64,000 bases of DNA. It comes from Eledone cirrhosa (Eukaryota). The translations under genes and the position numbers were made by a program. Each line of letters opens with the position of its first letter. Position 1 is the first letter of the stretch. Below, in pieces: positions 46,128 to 58,712 of the stretch. The stretch is taken from the NCBI GenBank assembly GCA_964016885.1, contig OZ024752.1, positions 43,462,001 through 43,526,000 of the forward strand. The letters run 5' to 3'. The notes below the pieces were generated by a model. It saw only the letters and a list, made by a program, of their open reading frames with translations. It was not told where the DNA came from and made no database searches.

Positions 46128-49100
46128 CTATTGAAAAAAAAAAAGACATGTTATGACGATTTTATATAAATTTGAATCATTAAATTCAACTGGACCTTCA
46201 TCAGCTTTGAAAATAAATGGTCCAGTAATAGCATGGCTAAGTATTCCACAGACATGTACCGTTAAACTTTTACCTCACATAATATTGAATCTGAGATTTT
46301 TGAGAACAATACCTTAACATTGGTTTGAACAGAAGGGTGAGGGAATAGTGGCTGGTTTAAATGCCAAATGGTTCTTGGAGATTCAAGAAGGCTGACCTTT
46401 AAAATTACAAGTACAATCCATCTTACGGACTTCCAAACAGTTACCCCTCTAGGCTTGCCTAAGATAGTAGCAATGGGATTGAAGTGATATTCCTAACCAT
46501 CTGGCCATGCTATGTCCACTATATTATAAAACCAAGTATACTTACCCATACTTAATTCTTGCACCTTGTTACCAATACGTTGACTGGCATTAGCACAGAA
46601 TGCTTTTGTTATCATTATCTGTTGGAAGAGAAATTCAGTATATTTCAAATATTAATTTCGACATAGCACATGACAGAGGTGGACAGGAATCTAAAAGGCT
46701 CAGAGTAAACCTAGCAAAAACTGAAGGATTCTAATTTCTTCAGGGAAGTGGCCATGCACAATATGTAGAGGAGATAGGAATTCTCTATGTACACAATATT
46801 AGGTATGGGTAGGCAGGTAAACATCATGACTGCATATGGCAGATGCACAATGATACCAAAGTTGATAGTTTCTGTTATTAAGGTGGTCTAATTAGCAGTA
46901 AAAGTTTAGGGCGCTACTACCTTTGTTGACAACAAAGGGATTTTATCTATGAGCAAATGGAAGGTGGAATGAAATGAATTGGCTGTGGTGGAATCAGATG
47001 TGTACAAGAAAGAACAGCATTAAGATAATGTGTGTGATATTAAATTCTTTCTTCAGTTTAAATATCTTGTATAATACTTGATATTGTGTCATTTAATCAC
47101 CTGATACCACTTCAACTAGTCTCAGACACACATTCATGTGAGTGAACGACCAAGCATAGATGAGTTGAAAATTAAACTATATAAGAGGAATAAAGTAGTG
47201 TGCTGGAGATAAGACTGCATTGGTATGGCCAAGTAATCGCAGTGAAAGAAGGGCCACAAAAAACGTGCGGAAGTGGTGATCGCTGAAGCTCATAAGAGAA
47301 GACAAATGGAAAGGTGCTGTGCTGAAGAGGACCTGTCCCGCCCTTGCAAGCAAGGAAAACCTGACGTTAGATTATGATGACAACACCCAGTTTTATTCAC
47401 ATTCTGTCTAATTTGGCAATTTCCTACTTCCACAGTTTATGTGACATCATTTTACGTCCGCTCTTCCCTGCTTGCAAGGATGGGACGGGAACTGATTTTG
47501 GCTTGATTTCTACAGCTGGATGCCCTTCCTAACACCAACCTCATTTACGCTGGGTGCTTTTTTTCCGTGGCACCTACACGTCCACTTTACAGTGTGGGCT
47601 GGGTGCTTTTTTTGCCGTGGAATGATAGGGACCCCAGTCCCTATCATCTCATTTCTACAGCTGAGTAAACTGGAGCAATGTGAAATAACGTGTCCTGCTC
47701 AAGGAAACAACACATCACCCGGTCTGAGAATTGAACTCACAACCTTTTCATTGCAAGCCCTATGCCTGGATAAGGCCAAATTAATGAATTAGAATAATGT
47801 AACACATTCCTGTAGTTCCAAATATTAAAGAAACGGGGAAATGGTACTATACCTCATGGTCAGCATTACGTAAACCAATAGAATAGGAACGAGATGACCG
47901 AGCAATACAAGATGTCATGGCATATAAGTCTATAGCAATGTCTGCAATACGTTGAACATCCAATTGTTGGTCAACAATTTTCTGGAAGAGAAGGTTAGAA
48001 AGAAATGAAGCAAGTATACTCCACTGAATGTGTAATCTTAGTGTGCTAAAACAATGTAGCATAAGCAAGCTGAGAAGAAAACTCAGCAATTGGATGTAAT
48101 GTGCAAGAGAGAATACTGTTAATATGTGACAGCTGTATATAGAGATGCAGAGAAATCTTAGTGAATGGAACTCATAAAAGAGGCAAACCTAGGAAGGGCT
48201 TATCTTAAGAACCTCACAACACAAAGGACTGGTGCTATGCTATATTGGTAAGAAGACCCATCAGCTAGCCTATCCACATATCACCCCCAAGTAGCTTGCC
48301 CCACTATTACTGCACACCTACCACTGTAGTAGCTATTCTCAGCATCACTACACCTTCACCCCTCTATTTAGGACCCCTTATAAAACATAATACCAATCAG
48401 ACATTATCCAGGCTCACCACCTGCCCATTCTACTCTAGATCACTCCCTAAACCCTGACTCAACAGTCATAAGTCCCCAAAACAGTATCATCACAGTTGCC
48501 ACTTGTGACATTGTGGCCAAATTCCTGATATATTAACCAATATCCCTACCAATAAAACCCACCACATTTACAGCTACTACAATTCTCAGTATATCAAGCA
48601 CCCCTTATTTTTCCTGCTTCTGATCATTACCAATTCCCATCTTTCCCTGCCACTTTCCTCAGTATACCACCTCTCCTTTCAATAAAGGTTTTAACAGCAT
48701 CATATACTTATGTACATAGACAAGCAAAATAATAGAGTTAATAGACTAAACTTACATTTCCATGTCTTGCTAAGATAACTTCAACAATTTTTTTAAACTG
48801 AGCAATACATTTCTCCAACATATTAGCTTCTTCCTAAAATAAAGAATTACAGAATATTATTTTGAATGCTCGACGTAATCAAATATGATATCTTATGACA
48901 AAAACAAAAACTCAACTGATCTTGTTGGAATTTTTACTTCCGTACTACATGGAGTTCTAACAGCATTATTGGTCCTACCATAGACAGATAGAGGAATCAG
49001 AGGCGGTTGCGTTGGTATGGACATGTGATGTGTATGAAGGATGACAGCTGCATAAAAAGGTGCAGAGCACTAGAAGTCGATGGAAACCGCGGAGTGGAGA

Positions 49101-52100
49101 GACCCAAGATGACCTGGGATGAGGTGATAAAAGCCGACCTTACCCAATTACACCTCTCAAAGGTGATGACACACGACCGTGACCTCTGGTGTCACGCAGT
49201 AATACAGAGTACCCAACCTTCCATGGGTACAAGCTGAAGCATATAGACAATATGCCCCCACACTACCCACTGCAAGGTGGTCGTGGAGGTGCCACGGCAA
49301 AAAAGCACCCAGCCCACACTGTAAAGTGGACGTGTAGGCGCCACGGAAAAAGCACCCAGCACTCACTGTAAATGAGGTTGGTGTTAGGAAGGGCATCCAG
49401 CTGTAGAAATCAAGCCAAATCAGTTCCTGTATGAGCAAGGCATGGTCAGCCGACCAGACACTGCCCACAACAGGACAACCCGTCTAACCCATGCTAGTGT
49501 GGAAGAACGGACGTAAAACGATGATGATGATGATATATGTGTGTGTGTGTATATACCAGGATTGAGCAATAATCTCCTATGTAACACCTACTTTGTTCTT
49601 ATATATATATATATACACACAGTATGTGTTAACCAGTTTCCCTCCCAGAGCATTAATTAAACCAATAATAACACCCAACAAAGTGGAATTGAACTCAAAC
49701 CATGTGATTATTAAGAAATCTTCACAGCTTGTGCCTTAAGATCTAAAGATTAAATTACTCAAGGTTCCAATTTACAAAGCCAAACTATGTTACGAGAAAG
49801 CTAATATGAAACACCAAGGAGGTAGGACTGGCACAATTTTGACCTTTAAGAACAATGATTTTTGTAGAATTACAATAAAAACATCTTGTGTTGACAATAA
49901 ATGATATGGCAAGAGTTACATGCCTAAAGAACTGGTGTGAGAAAAATTCACCTTTCTGCTGTTTACTTCTAATTGAATGTGAACAAAAATGCTTTTGTCA
50001 TCGTACAATAACAAAAAACCAAAAAAAAAACCAACAAGAAACTGAGGATGGTGCCATATCTAATGACTGGCATAGCAGCATCATCATAAAACCACATCTG
50101 CCAAAATAGAGATTAATTTTTCTGGACCCTTAACAAGTTTCTTACCCCATTGTCTGTATTCTTCCCCGCCAAATCTTTGGTTTTCATTTTCATATATATC
50201 CAGTTTAGAATAGATATATTGAACCTTGGAGTATTGTAAGTTAAACTAAAAAGGTTATCACTGGGAGGGGCATCTAGCCATCAAACTTGGCCTCAAAAAG
50301 AAACCCCATGGTAAGTAAAAGAATTATTTACGGTTTTAGTTAAAGAGGATAGAGCAGTGCCCGTGTCTCTTAAGGACCTCTGAGACTGGTGAAACCTGGC
50401 CAGAAATTTTGCAACAGTGTGGACTTTTGCTAAAAGCACTCAAGGGCCAAGTGGTAGTGTTGCACTGGGTGTCATTCAAGTTTATCATCTAAATAGGCCA
50501 CTGCAGCATTTAAACTCAAAACATAAAGACCCAAAACAAATACTGCAAATTATCTCGTTAGATGCTCCAACAATTCAACAAATCCACCGTCCTGGACTGG
50601 GACTTTATTTTATAAACCCCAAAAGGATGAGACACTAAATTTGAAATATCTGCAACAATTGCAATTTTGTTCTGATTAAAATTCATTTTAAAGAATAAAA
50701 AGTAGATATTACTTGGAGAATTGTTTTAGGTTGGTCTGGATATAAGTCCATGACCCCCAACCCTCAGGTATGAGGATGAGAAGGAAGGAAGGATATGTTT
50801 AGAAAATTAGTAAATAAAAGATGGTAACCTTTAAAGATGGATGCACAGATTCAGCAAGTTCATAGGTTATTTTTGGTTCAGTCACTTGGTTCCTCATGTT
50901 GGAGTAAATAGTGCGGAAAACAAGACGAGGATTATTTAGAGGGTTCCTTAATTTCCTGCAACGTACGATACAACGAAGTCTTTAGATTTATATAGTTAAT
51001 GCCATAGTAGATACATATAAGAGAATTATGAATAAAATGTATATTTATTTAAATACAATCTAACTGATTTATAATACTTTTTTGTGTTTCTAGTTTAGAA
51101 TTGGTACACTAAAAGGGTTCTGTAAAAACACTGCCTCCAAAAGAATGTCATGGGGGCCTGATAGGCAAACTTCTGTTCTGACAGAGGAAATGGACTTAAA
51201 CTGTCTAAGAAACTCTTTTTGGCTGTTACAGTCATAATGTTTCAGTCACTGAACTCTTCACACTTCTTCATGTAGCTATCATATTCAGTAAGGTTCTTGG
51301 AATTTCAAACCACATGGTTTGTCAATAATAGCCAGGATGAGGGCACTAGTCTGAACAAATCAGATTATAATAATTTCTCATCCCATAAATTCAAACAAAA
51401 GCACACAGACACTTACAGCAGTGGGAGTTACTGAGAGATAATCTGCTGAAGACCACAAAGCAGATCTATGGCTGGAGCAAGACTTCAAGGAAAAGGAAGA
51501 CGACTTGGTGGTGGAATAATAGGGTTGATGGGACAAGATCAAGAAGTAGGCATGGAAAGACTGGCAAAACGTGGGATGCAGAGAACAATACCAAGAAGCT
51601 AGGCAATAGGTAGAGTCTGTAAAGAAGGTAGTGAGAAGTAAGAAGTTTACTCGTGTTTAACACTATGAGCAGCTATGGGGTGAGGTGTTCAGGGTTGGAA
51701 GGTAGTGTTTCAAGGAATATCAAGATGTTGCTAGGGGGAAGTGTGCACCTGCCCTCACTGATACTGAAAAAAAAAAGAAGCATGACTGTTGAATGGGGAG
51801 AATGCCTGGAAGAAGATGGCTTGCTTAAGGTGGATCTAACAGAGGGACCAACCATCCTAGTTAGCAGTAGTGTAGGAAGTAGAGTAATTAAGGATATGAA
51901 GACTAGACCTTCAGGGATATCAACTGTTACTTTGCAGTCAGCAAAGTGAAAGTTAAGGAGTATATTGAGGAATTTAGCATGCAGGTCCACTAGGGCATTC
52001 TTCTGTTTATTAAAGTCCTCCAGGTCATAACAGATTGGTTTGTGACAGTCTGCCTATGAGAACTTGTGTATGCTGATGACCGAGATCCTATAGCTGAATC

Positions 52101-54955
52101 TACAGAAGAGATTCCAGACTTGGAAGGGAAGGACAATGCTCATAATTCTCTTCTAATCCAGTGAAACATCCAGGGTGTGACTACTGGAAGAAGAGAGGAC
52201 AGCACAAGCACTGGGCTGATATTGGTCCCAAGAAAATGAAAGGCAAGTTGGACTTCAGCGAGATTTGAACTCACTGTTTGAGCACAGTTGGAACAAAAAT
52301 CAAACACCAACAAGTCTTACAAATCAACCATCTTCAGAACATAATGCAAGACATTTAGTCCTACACTCCAACAAATCTACCTAATCAACCACCTTTGGAA
52401 CAAACGCTGCAAGGTATTTAGTGCTACCCTACCAATATCTCTGTCAATTTGCCACATTTTAACAATTGATGGAAAAAGGAAGTAAATATTTACTTGATTA
52501 GTTCTTTCAAAGTTACACCAGCATGTTTCAGTCCAGTAAGTCCAACAAACAACCTCAAGATTTCATTGGTTCCCTAGAAGATAAAATAGAATTATTAAAT
52601 TATTTAAGAAAAATATAAGCAAGCATAGAAAAGCAGATGTTGATGATAACTAAATCTGAATTTTCAACGGAAAAAGAAAAACAAAACCCTTTTGTCCATT
52701 TTAGTTAGGCCAAGGACACGACAACCTCTCTAGTCCTGATACCATAAAAAATACACTCTGTAAAGTGGTTGGTATTAGAAAGAGCATTCAGCTGTAGAAA
52801 CCATGTAAATAGAGGTAGAGAGGACTCTTTAGTCATGTCAAAGACATGATACTCTCCCTGGTATGATGCCATGATAAAATACACCATTATTAGGAAGGAT
52901 ATCCAACTTACATTGAATAAGAACTGACATGGAACCATAACAAGCCATGGCATGATTTGAACTTAGAGAGCTAAAGCAAATACTGCAAGGAATATAATCT
53001 GATTCCAATATGTTGCTACTGCAATAAATAATCCTTAACCCTTTAATGTTCAAACCGGCCAGAATTCTCTACCTCTTTCTGTTGAAACTGGCTGTAACTG
53101 GTCACTCAAACTGATGTTAAGGTATTGTTCGTAAAATAAATACTTTCAAAATCTCATAGATTCGATATTATATGAGGTAAAGCCTTTACCATGAAAATAT
53201 AATAGTATATATAAAATAATGTGAATGCTAGGACTTACCTCAAATATCATACATATACGGCAATCACGTAGAGACCTCTGGTATGGATATTCCTTCATGT
53301 AACCTAACCCTCCAAGAATCTGTAAACACTCACTTGTCGATATCCATGCCTTTTCTGAACTGAAGATCTGAAAGTAAAAGAAATATTGACATTGTTAGAT
53401 TTGTTGCTATTAAGGGTGACACCTGTATTATGCTAAATCCTTAAACTCATTAATACAAAAACAATGAAAACCCAAAACTTTGCTGATTTGCTGAAATGGA
53501 TCAATGAGAGTATTATAAAATAATAAAGTGAAACATATGCAGACCTGGCTGTGTGATTAAAAATTTAGTTCTCAACCATGTGGACTTAGGTTCCATCCCA
53601 CTGTATGGCACCTAAAAGCGTCATATACTATAATCTGAAGTTGACCAATGCCTTGTGAGTAAAATTTGATTTACAGAGACTGTGGAAGACTGTATATGAA
53701 TATATGTGTGTCTCAGCATAGGTTTTTATTTGACACTACTTAAAAACAACCAGTGATGTCTGTTCAAACATCACAGCTTAGCAATTCAATGGATGAAAGT
53801 TCAGTGAAAAAAATATGTACAGGTTGGTATCAGAAAGGGCATCTGGTCATACTGCATCAAAAATATCTCTTCCATCTGATGCCAGTATGAACTAAACAAT
53901 ATCAGAAACTCAATACATCAAAAACCTATCAATACATTCCAATATGTAATATCAATATTCTTCATAAAATCAACCCTTTTGACATGAAACTACTTAAAAC
54001 CAACACTGTTTAGATTCATCTAAAAACATTCCATCATAATTTTATGTAAGAACATTGTAAAGTTGTTCCAAAGACAGCTTAATAATAAGAAAGTTAGTTA
54101 TATTACTAAATCTCTGTCTGTGAATTTCAAATAATTTAAATAATCAGTGTCTTTCATTAGGAATACAGTAATGAAAGGGTTAAGATTGAATAAGAGGATA
54201 TATGATACAGAATAAACAATAAAAGACCAAATTTTGAATAAATTACATTTTCATCATGTCGATACTATAATATTCATTTTTAACAGTTCAGGGCAGTGAA
54301 ATGATGAAATTTTTTAAAGTATTGAATGAGATACCTTGTAGTATTTATTCTAGCTCTTTGTGTTCTACACACTTTAGCTTACTTAGGTGTTAAATACATC
54401 ATCTGGTTTAAAATAACCATCTGGCCCTTACATGTCTTTAACGGAGTCCACCCCATTCCAAGCATTCAGGTCACATTTCCAGTTTTGGGATACTTCACTC
54501 CTTCCTACAAATCTTGGACATCCTTGAAAGGATCATGTTCATTGCCTCACTGACTAAACAAGACAAGCATTTTAACTCTTTAGCATTTAAATCGGCCAGA
54601 ATTCTCTCACTTCTTTCTGTTCAAACTAGTCATAACTGGTCACTCATACTGATGTTAAGGTATTGTTCTCAAAATAAATCTCGTAGATTCGATATGTGAG
54701 ATAATTGTGTAAGATAAAGCCATTGCCACAAAAATAAAATAATATATATATAGAGTAATGAAAATGCTAAAGGGTTAAGGGCATAAACCTTTTTAGGTGC
54801 CTCCTTGACTAGACAGTAACAATATAAATCCTTACCTTAACAATAGCTGCCTCCAAAGAAACATCCACATTAGGACTGTTATCTATAATCCCAGATGTCA
54901 TGTAAGCCATACTTTCCATCACATAAATATTCATTGCAATATTTGCCAACTTTTC
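46027..54955 (-). CDS. ACAD9: Acyl-CoA dehydrogenase family member 9 (complex I assembly factor), last 8 coding exons; no further 5' exons recognised in the window
   Basis: Motifs [30 protein letters not shown] (catalytic Glu), [15 protein letters not shown] and HPLTRNW. The long C-terminal extension places it in the ACAD9/VLCAD group, and it is closer to ACAD9. Confidence 0.9.
46265..46352 (-). mobile_element. Decayed piggyBac MITE family A fragment
   Basis: GAGAACAATACCTTAACAT...GGTTTAAATGC. Confidence 0.6.
46546..46618 (-). CDS. ACAD9: ACAD9 exon
   Basis: [24 protein letters not shown]. Confidence 0.88.
47445..47768 (-). mobile_element. SINE of the same family as 55463-55785
   Basis: Reverse-complement similarity over its whole length. 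Confidence 0.87.
47853..47981 (-). CDS. ACAD9: ACAD9 exon
   Basis: [43 protein letters not shown]. Confidence 0.94.
48756..48833 (-). CDS. ACAD9: ACAD9 exon
   Basis: [26 protein letters not shown]. Confidence 0.9.
48988..49533 (+). mobile_element. RTE subfamily 1 3' fragment
   Basis: RWYGHVM...WDEVIKADL plus the same 3' UTR as 63197-63498. Confidence 0.93.
50829..50955 (-). CDS. ACAD9: ACAD9 exon
   Basis: KLRNPLNNP...[10 protein letters not shown]. Confidence 0.9.
51466..52130 (+). mobile_element. Decayed RTE fragment
   Basis: Degenerate RT segments including ELVYADD. Confidence 0.6.
52494..52573 (-). CDS. ACAD9: ACAD9 exon
   Basis: [19 protein letters not shown]. Confidence 0.94.
53039..53231 (+). 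mobile_element. piggyBac MITE family A, right TIR truncated next to an ACAD9 splice donor
   Basis: TTAA-CCCTTTAATGTTCAAACCGG...GTGAATGCTA. Confidence 0.87.
53239..53367 (-). CDS. ACAD9: ACAD9 exon
   Basis: IFSSEKAW...[29 protein letters not shown]. Confidence 0.94.
53974..54179 (+). mobile_element. Older TTAA-type MITE family B, representative copy
   Basis: CCCTTTTGA...GTAATGAAAGGG-TTAA. The body CATCATAATTTTATGTAAGAA...GTTCCAAA..CAGCTTAATAAT..AAAGTTA recurs near 1-400, 1540-2210, 12600-12780, 20455-20670, 25205-25420, 29930-30120 and 39415-39600. Confidence 0.7.
54576..54774 (+). mobile_element. piggyBac MITE family A
   Basis: TTAA flanks and TIRs. Confidence 0.9.
54836..54955 (-). CDS. 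ACAD9: ACAD9 exon
   Basis: [25 protein letters not shown]...SLEAAIVK. Confidence 0.92.
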
Positions 54956-55462
54956 CTAGAAATAAAATAGAAACAATAACACATCTTTTTTTATTGTTTT
55001 TGTTTTATATTTTCACAATTTATCTGAAGATATCAATAACTTTAAAGTCTTTAGACAGTGGAAATATTTTTTAATCTGGGAGGACCTCTTTGTATCAGAA
55101 TGGAATTAAAGCCTTTAATGTTCAGCTGTAGTTGTTACAAGTGGTTCAAAATTTAATGTTTGCACCAAGCCTGAAGAGGCTCATCAGGCTGGAACATATC
55201 CCGGTTTCATTGCTGTTCTTTCAGCTAAGTAGACTGGAGTGACATGAAACAGTGTTTAACTGAAAGACACAAAATACCCACCAGACTGAGGATTGAATCC
55301 ATAATCTTACAATCATGAGTGCAACATTCTAACTATTACATATAATCACAGGTTTAGAGTAGCAGGAAAAATTCTGTTTGTATAAACTGTTGAGGCAGTT
55401 GTTTAATTCTTAGACTGTCATTTTGTGTATCTTACTATAAACTATAATAATTTCCATTGAAC

Positions 55463-55785
55463 ATGGCTTAGTGGTTAGAGCATTGGCCTTGCAATCGAAA
55501 GGTTGTGAGTTCAATTCTCAAACCGGGTAATGTGTTGTTTCCTTGAGCAAGACACTTTATTTCACATTGCTCCAGTTTACTCAGCTGTAGAAATGAGATG
55601 ATAGGGACTGGGGTCCATATCATTCCACTGTAAAGTGGAAGTGGAGGTGCCACGGAAAAAAGCACCCAGCACTCACTGTAAATGAGGTTGGTGTTAGGAA
55701 GGGCATCCAGCTGTAGAAATCAAGCCAGAATCAGTTCCTGTCCCACCCTTGCAAGCAGGGAAAAAGCGGACGTAAAATGAAATGA
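55463..55785 (+). mobile_element. tRNA-derived SINE with pseudoknot module and RTE subfamily 2 tail
   Basis: A-box TGGCTTAGTGG, B-box GAGTTCAATTC, central CCTTGAGCAAGACACTTTA domain; tail matches the RTE end at 55802. Confidence 0.88.
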
Positions 55786-55801
55786 ACAGTCAATGGTGTG
55801 T

Positions 55802-57957
55802 ATCATCATCATTTTACGTCCGCTTTTCCCTGCTTGCAAGGGTGGGATGGGTCTTATTCAGCACAGCATCTCTCCACTCGTCACGGTCCCTCGTCATCTG
55901 TTCTTGGCCCCCTTTTGTTTGTGGTATATATTAATGACATAGATGCCAACTTAAGGAATGCCACAGTACTAAAGTACGCAGACGACATCAAGCTGTACCT
56001 TGAGATAAAAAGGACAGATCCTGAACACTATAGATCTTGCTTGCAGTCTGACCTGGACACAATGCAACAGTGGATCTCAGACTGGCAACTCAAGCTAGCT
56101 GTGGACAAGTGCACCACCATGCATTTTGGGAGTAAAAACCCAGCGTCCACATACTCCCTCCACAGCACTAATATCAAGAAGTCTTCCTGTGAACGTGACC
56201 TGGGCATTACGGTCAGCAGCGATTTGCGTTGGACGAGGCACGTCTCTAAAATTGTCAAGAGGGCCGAGGGTGTCTTAGCATCACTCAGCAAGACCTTTGT
56301 CAGCCGCTCTCCAGATATCTATTTAAGGCTGTATACAGCTATGGTGCGACCACACTTAGAATTTGCATCACCAGTCTGGAACCCCTATCTTGCTCAGGAC
56401 ATTGACCGCCTGGAAACTGTTCAGAGACGTGCAACCAAGCGAATACCCTCCATCAGGCATCTACCATACTCTGAGCGCCTTGCTTCCCTGGGCATGGATT
56501 CATTGAAGCTCCGACACCTGGCAACTGACTTGGTAAACACCCACAAAATTGTTAACCATGTTGCCAACAACAACCCTGAGTGCCTTTTCGATTTCCATGT
56601 GTCTAACACACGTGGACATGCCCACAAAGTAAGAAAACAGCACAGTTCCCATGACTTTCGGAAACATTTTTTCACGCTCAGAGTTGCTGAAGCATGGAAC
56701 AAACTACCTGCATCAGTTGTTAGCTGTCAAGACACTGCATCCTTTAAGGCCTCCATGCTTCCCGAGATCCGCCAACACTACAGCTAACACATACAAACAT
56801 GTACTTCCCTGGCATTTGTGTATTATTCTATGTACTATATTGACGAGTTGTAGTGCACCTGAGCACTTTACACAATAATTTCATTATTATTTATTATTAT
56901 CTCCACCGTGAGCTTCAATGATCTGAGGTCTGTTCTCACCACCTCCGCCCATGTTTTTCATGGTCTACGTCTTCCGTCAACTGGCAATTCCTGGCACTTC
57001 TTCACCCATCGGTCATCCTCCATGCGCATCACATGTCCATACCACCTCAATCTCCTCTCCCGTACACTACATTCTATCCCTCTCAGACACAGTTTCTCTC
57101 TCAACACATTTATGCTGGGTCGTTCACGCACATCCAACGGAGCATGCTTGCCTCATTTCTCTCCAGCCGTCGCATATCCTCTGCAGTTGCTGCCCATGTC
57201 TTACTACCATGCAGCATCGCGCTCCTCACACAGGCATCATACAACCAGCCTTTCGTACGCAGGGAGAAACCCTTCTTCGTCAACAGAGGAAGCAGCTCCC
57301 TAAACTTCTTCCAACCCATCCTTATTCTAGATACTATGGCCTCGGAACACCCTCCTCCCATGCTAATCTGATCTCCTAGGTACCGGAAGCTATCCACCAC
57401 TTCTATAGCGCCCTCTTGCATTTGAAAAATGTGTCTATCAGTGCGACTTCTACTGTCTAATTTCCCTGTACATCTACTGCATACATATTTCTCCCTACCT
57501 GTTAGTTTGCCTGTTATCCCGCTACATCTCTTGTGTACCCAGAATCTGCATTGTGTGCATTTTATAGAATTTATGCCAGTTCCTTTTCTGCATATCGAAC
57601 ATGGCCATTTCCTTGACGGAATCAGGGTTTTGTCCTCTTTTCTACTCATCAACACTTTTGTCTTAGCTAGATTCACTCTCAGTCCCCTTGCTTCCAACTG
57701 CTGTTTCCATAGCCAGAATTTATTCTCTAGCTCCTCTACTGATTCTGCTATAAGAACCAGATTGTCAGCATAGAGAAGTTCCCATGGATAGCCAGTCTTA
57801 AACTCCTCTGTTATGGCTTGGAGGACTATAATGAACAAGAGCGGGCTGAGGACCGAACCCTGATGTACTCCTACTTGTATCTGGAATTCCTCACTAAACT
57901 CCATTCCTACCCTGACTTTACTGAGAGTACCTCTGTACAAAGTTTGCACTGTCCACT
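55802..57957 (-). mobile_element. 5'-truncated RTE-clade LINE (subfamily 2, short 3' UTR) interrupted by a CR1 insertion
   Basis: ORF 57110-57967 GVHQGSVLSPLLF...LLYADN...PHD...FRYLGD; the 3' end continues across 55900-56900 to GGACGTAAAATGATGATGA. Confidence 0.93.
55897..56900 (+). mobile_element. 5'-truncated CR1-group LINE with an open RT C-terminal frame
   Basis: SVLGPLLFVVYIND, KYADD, LYTAMVRPHLEFASPVWNPY, TRGH...FFTLRVAEAWNKLP; stop at 56787; (ATT)n tail. Confidence 0.93.
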
Positions 57958-58712
57958 GTATGTGCATATATATATTTATTTAGTTAAGCAGAAATGGTAA
58001 TCAAAAGTATGTACCATATGTTTATGACAACAGAGTTTCTCCATCCTCCCCCATGTGGTGTTATTTTGTATGTACACTATCAATTTGGGTCCCTGATCAA
58101 AAGTGTTCACTGAACTATTGAGACATATACTCCTTATTAGAGCCTCATAAGTATATTGGTTGATGGGGACCAATGGTCTTTATGTGATGTAACTAGGGAA
58201 AATTATACTGGAATAGCTTTTCATTACCTTCTCTAAGTCTATAGAGTTATAAGTTAAAACTCACAACATTGATCCCATATTTCCTAATGGAGTCAAAGGG
58301 GAGCCATCATAACTACATTCATCCCATTTTCAGATTTGACCAGGGGTGATGTCTTCCAGAGAAGGAGCAGGGGAGGGGAGAGAGAGTAAGTGAGAGGGAG
58401 GGAAGGAAAGTGAGAGAAAAGATTTGACCCTAATGCTGGGTTGCTATTTTATTTATGGACTCCGAAAAGATGACATAATAAAATAAGTTTCAGCAGGATT
58501 TGAACTCGGAGTGTAGAGAAGGGATGCTGCAAAGAATTTTATCTGACACACTAATAAATCTGCCAATTCCCCACCTGAAAGTTAATGTAGTCACATGTCA
58601 AATCTGCTATTTAAAGCTGTAGGTTGTTCTTACTTTGTATTTTCCATAGTTTACATTTATATAATCAGAAATGTAAATATTTAGATCCAGACACAACATC
58701 TCTAGTTTGTGG

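Noticed and set aside
55463-55530. tRNA genes (also 15475 and 61388)
   Set aside because: A and B boxes are present but there is no complete cloverleaf, and each continues into a SINE body.
55798-56787. 329-aa ORF as a host gene or intact RT
   Set aside because: It starts at GTG beside an antisense RTE tail and lacks the N-terminal RT motifs and endonuclease. It is a 5'-truncated CR1.
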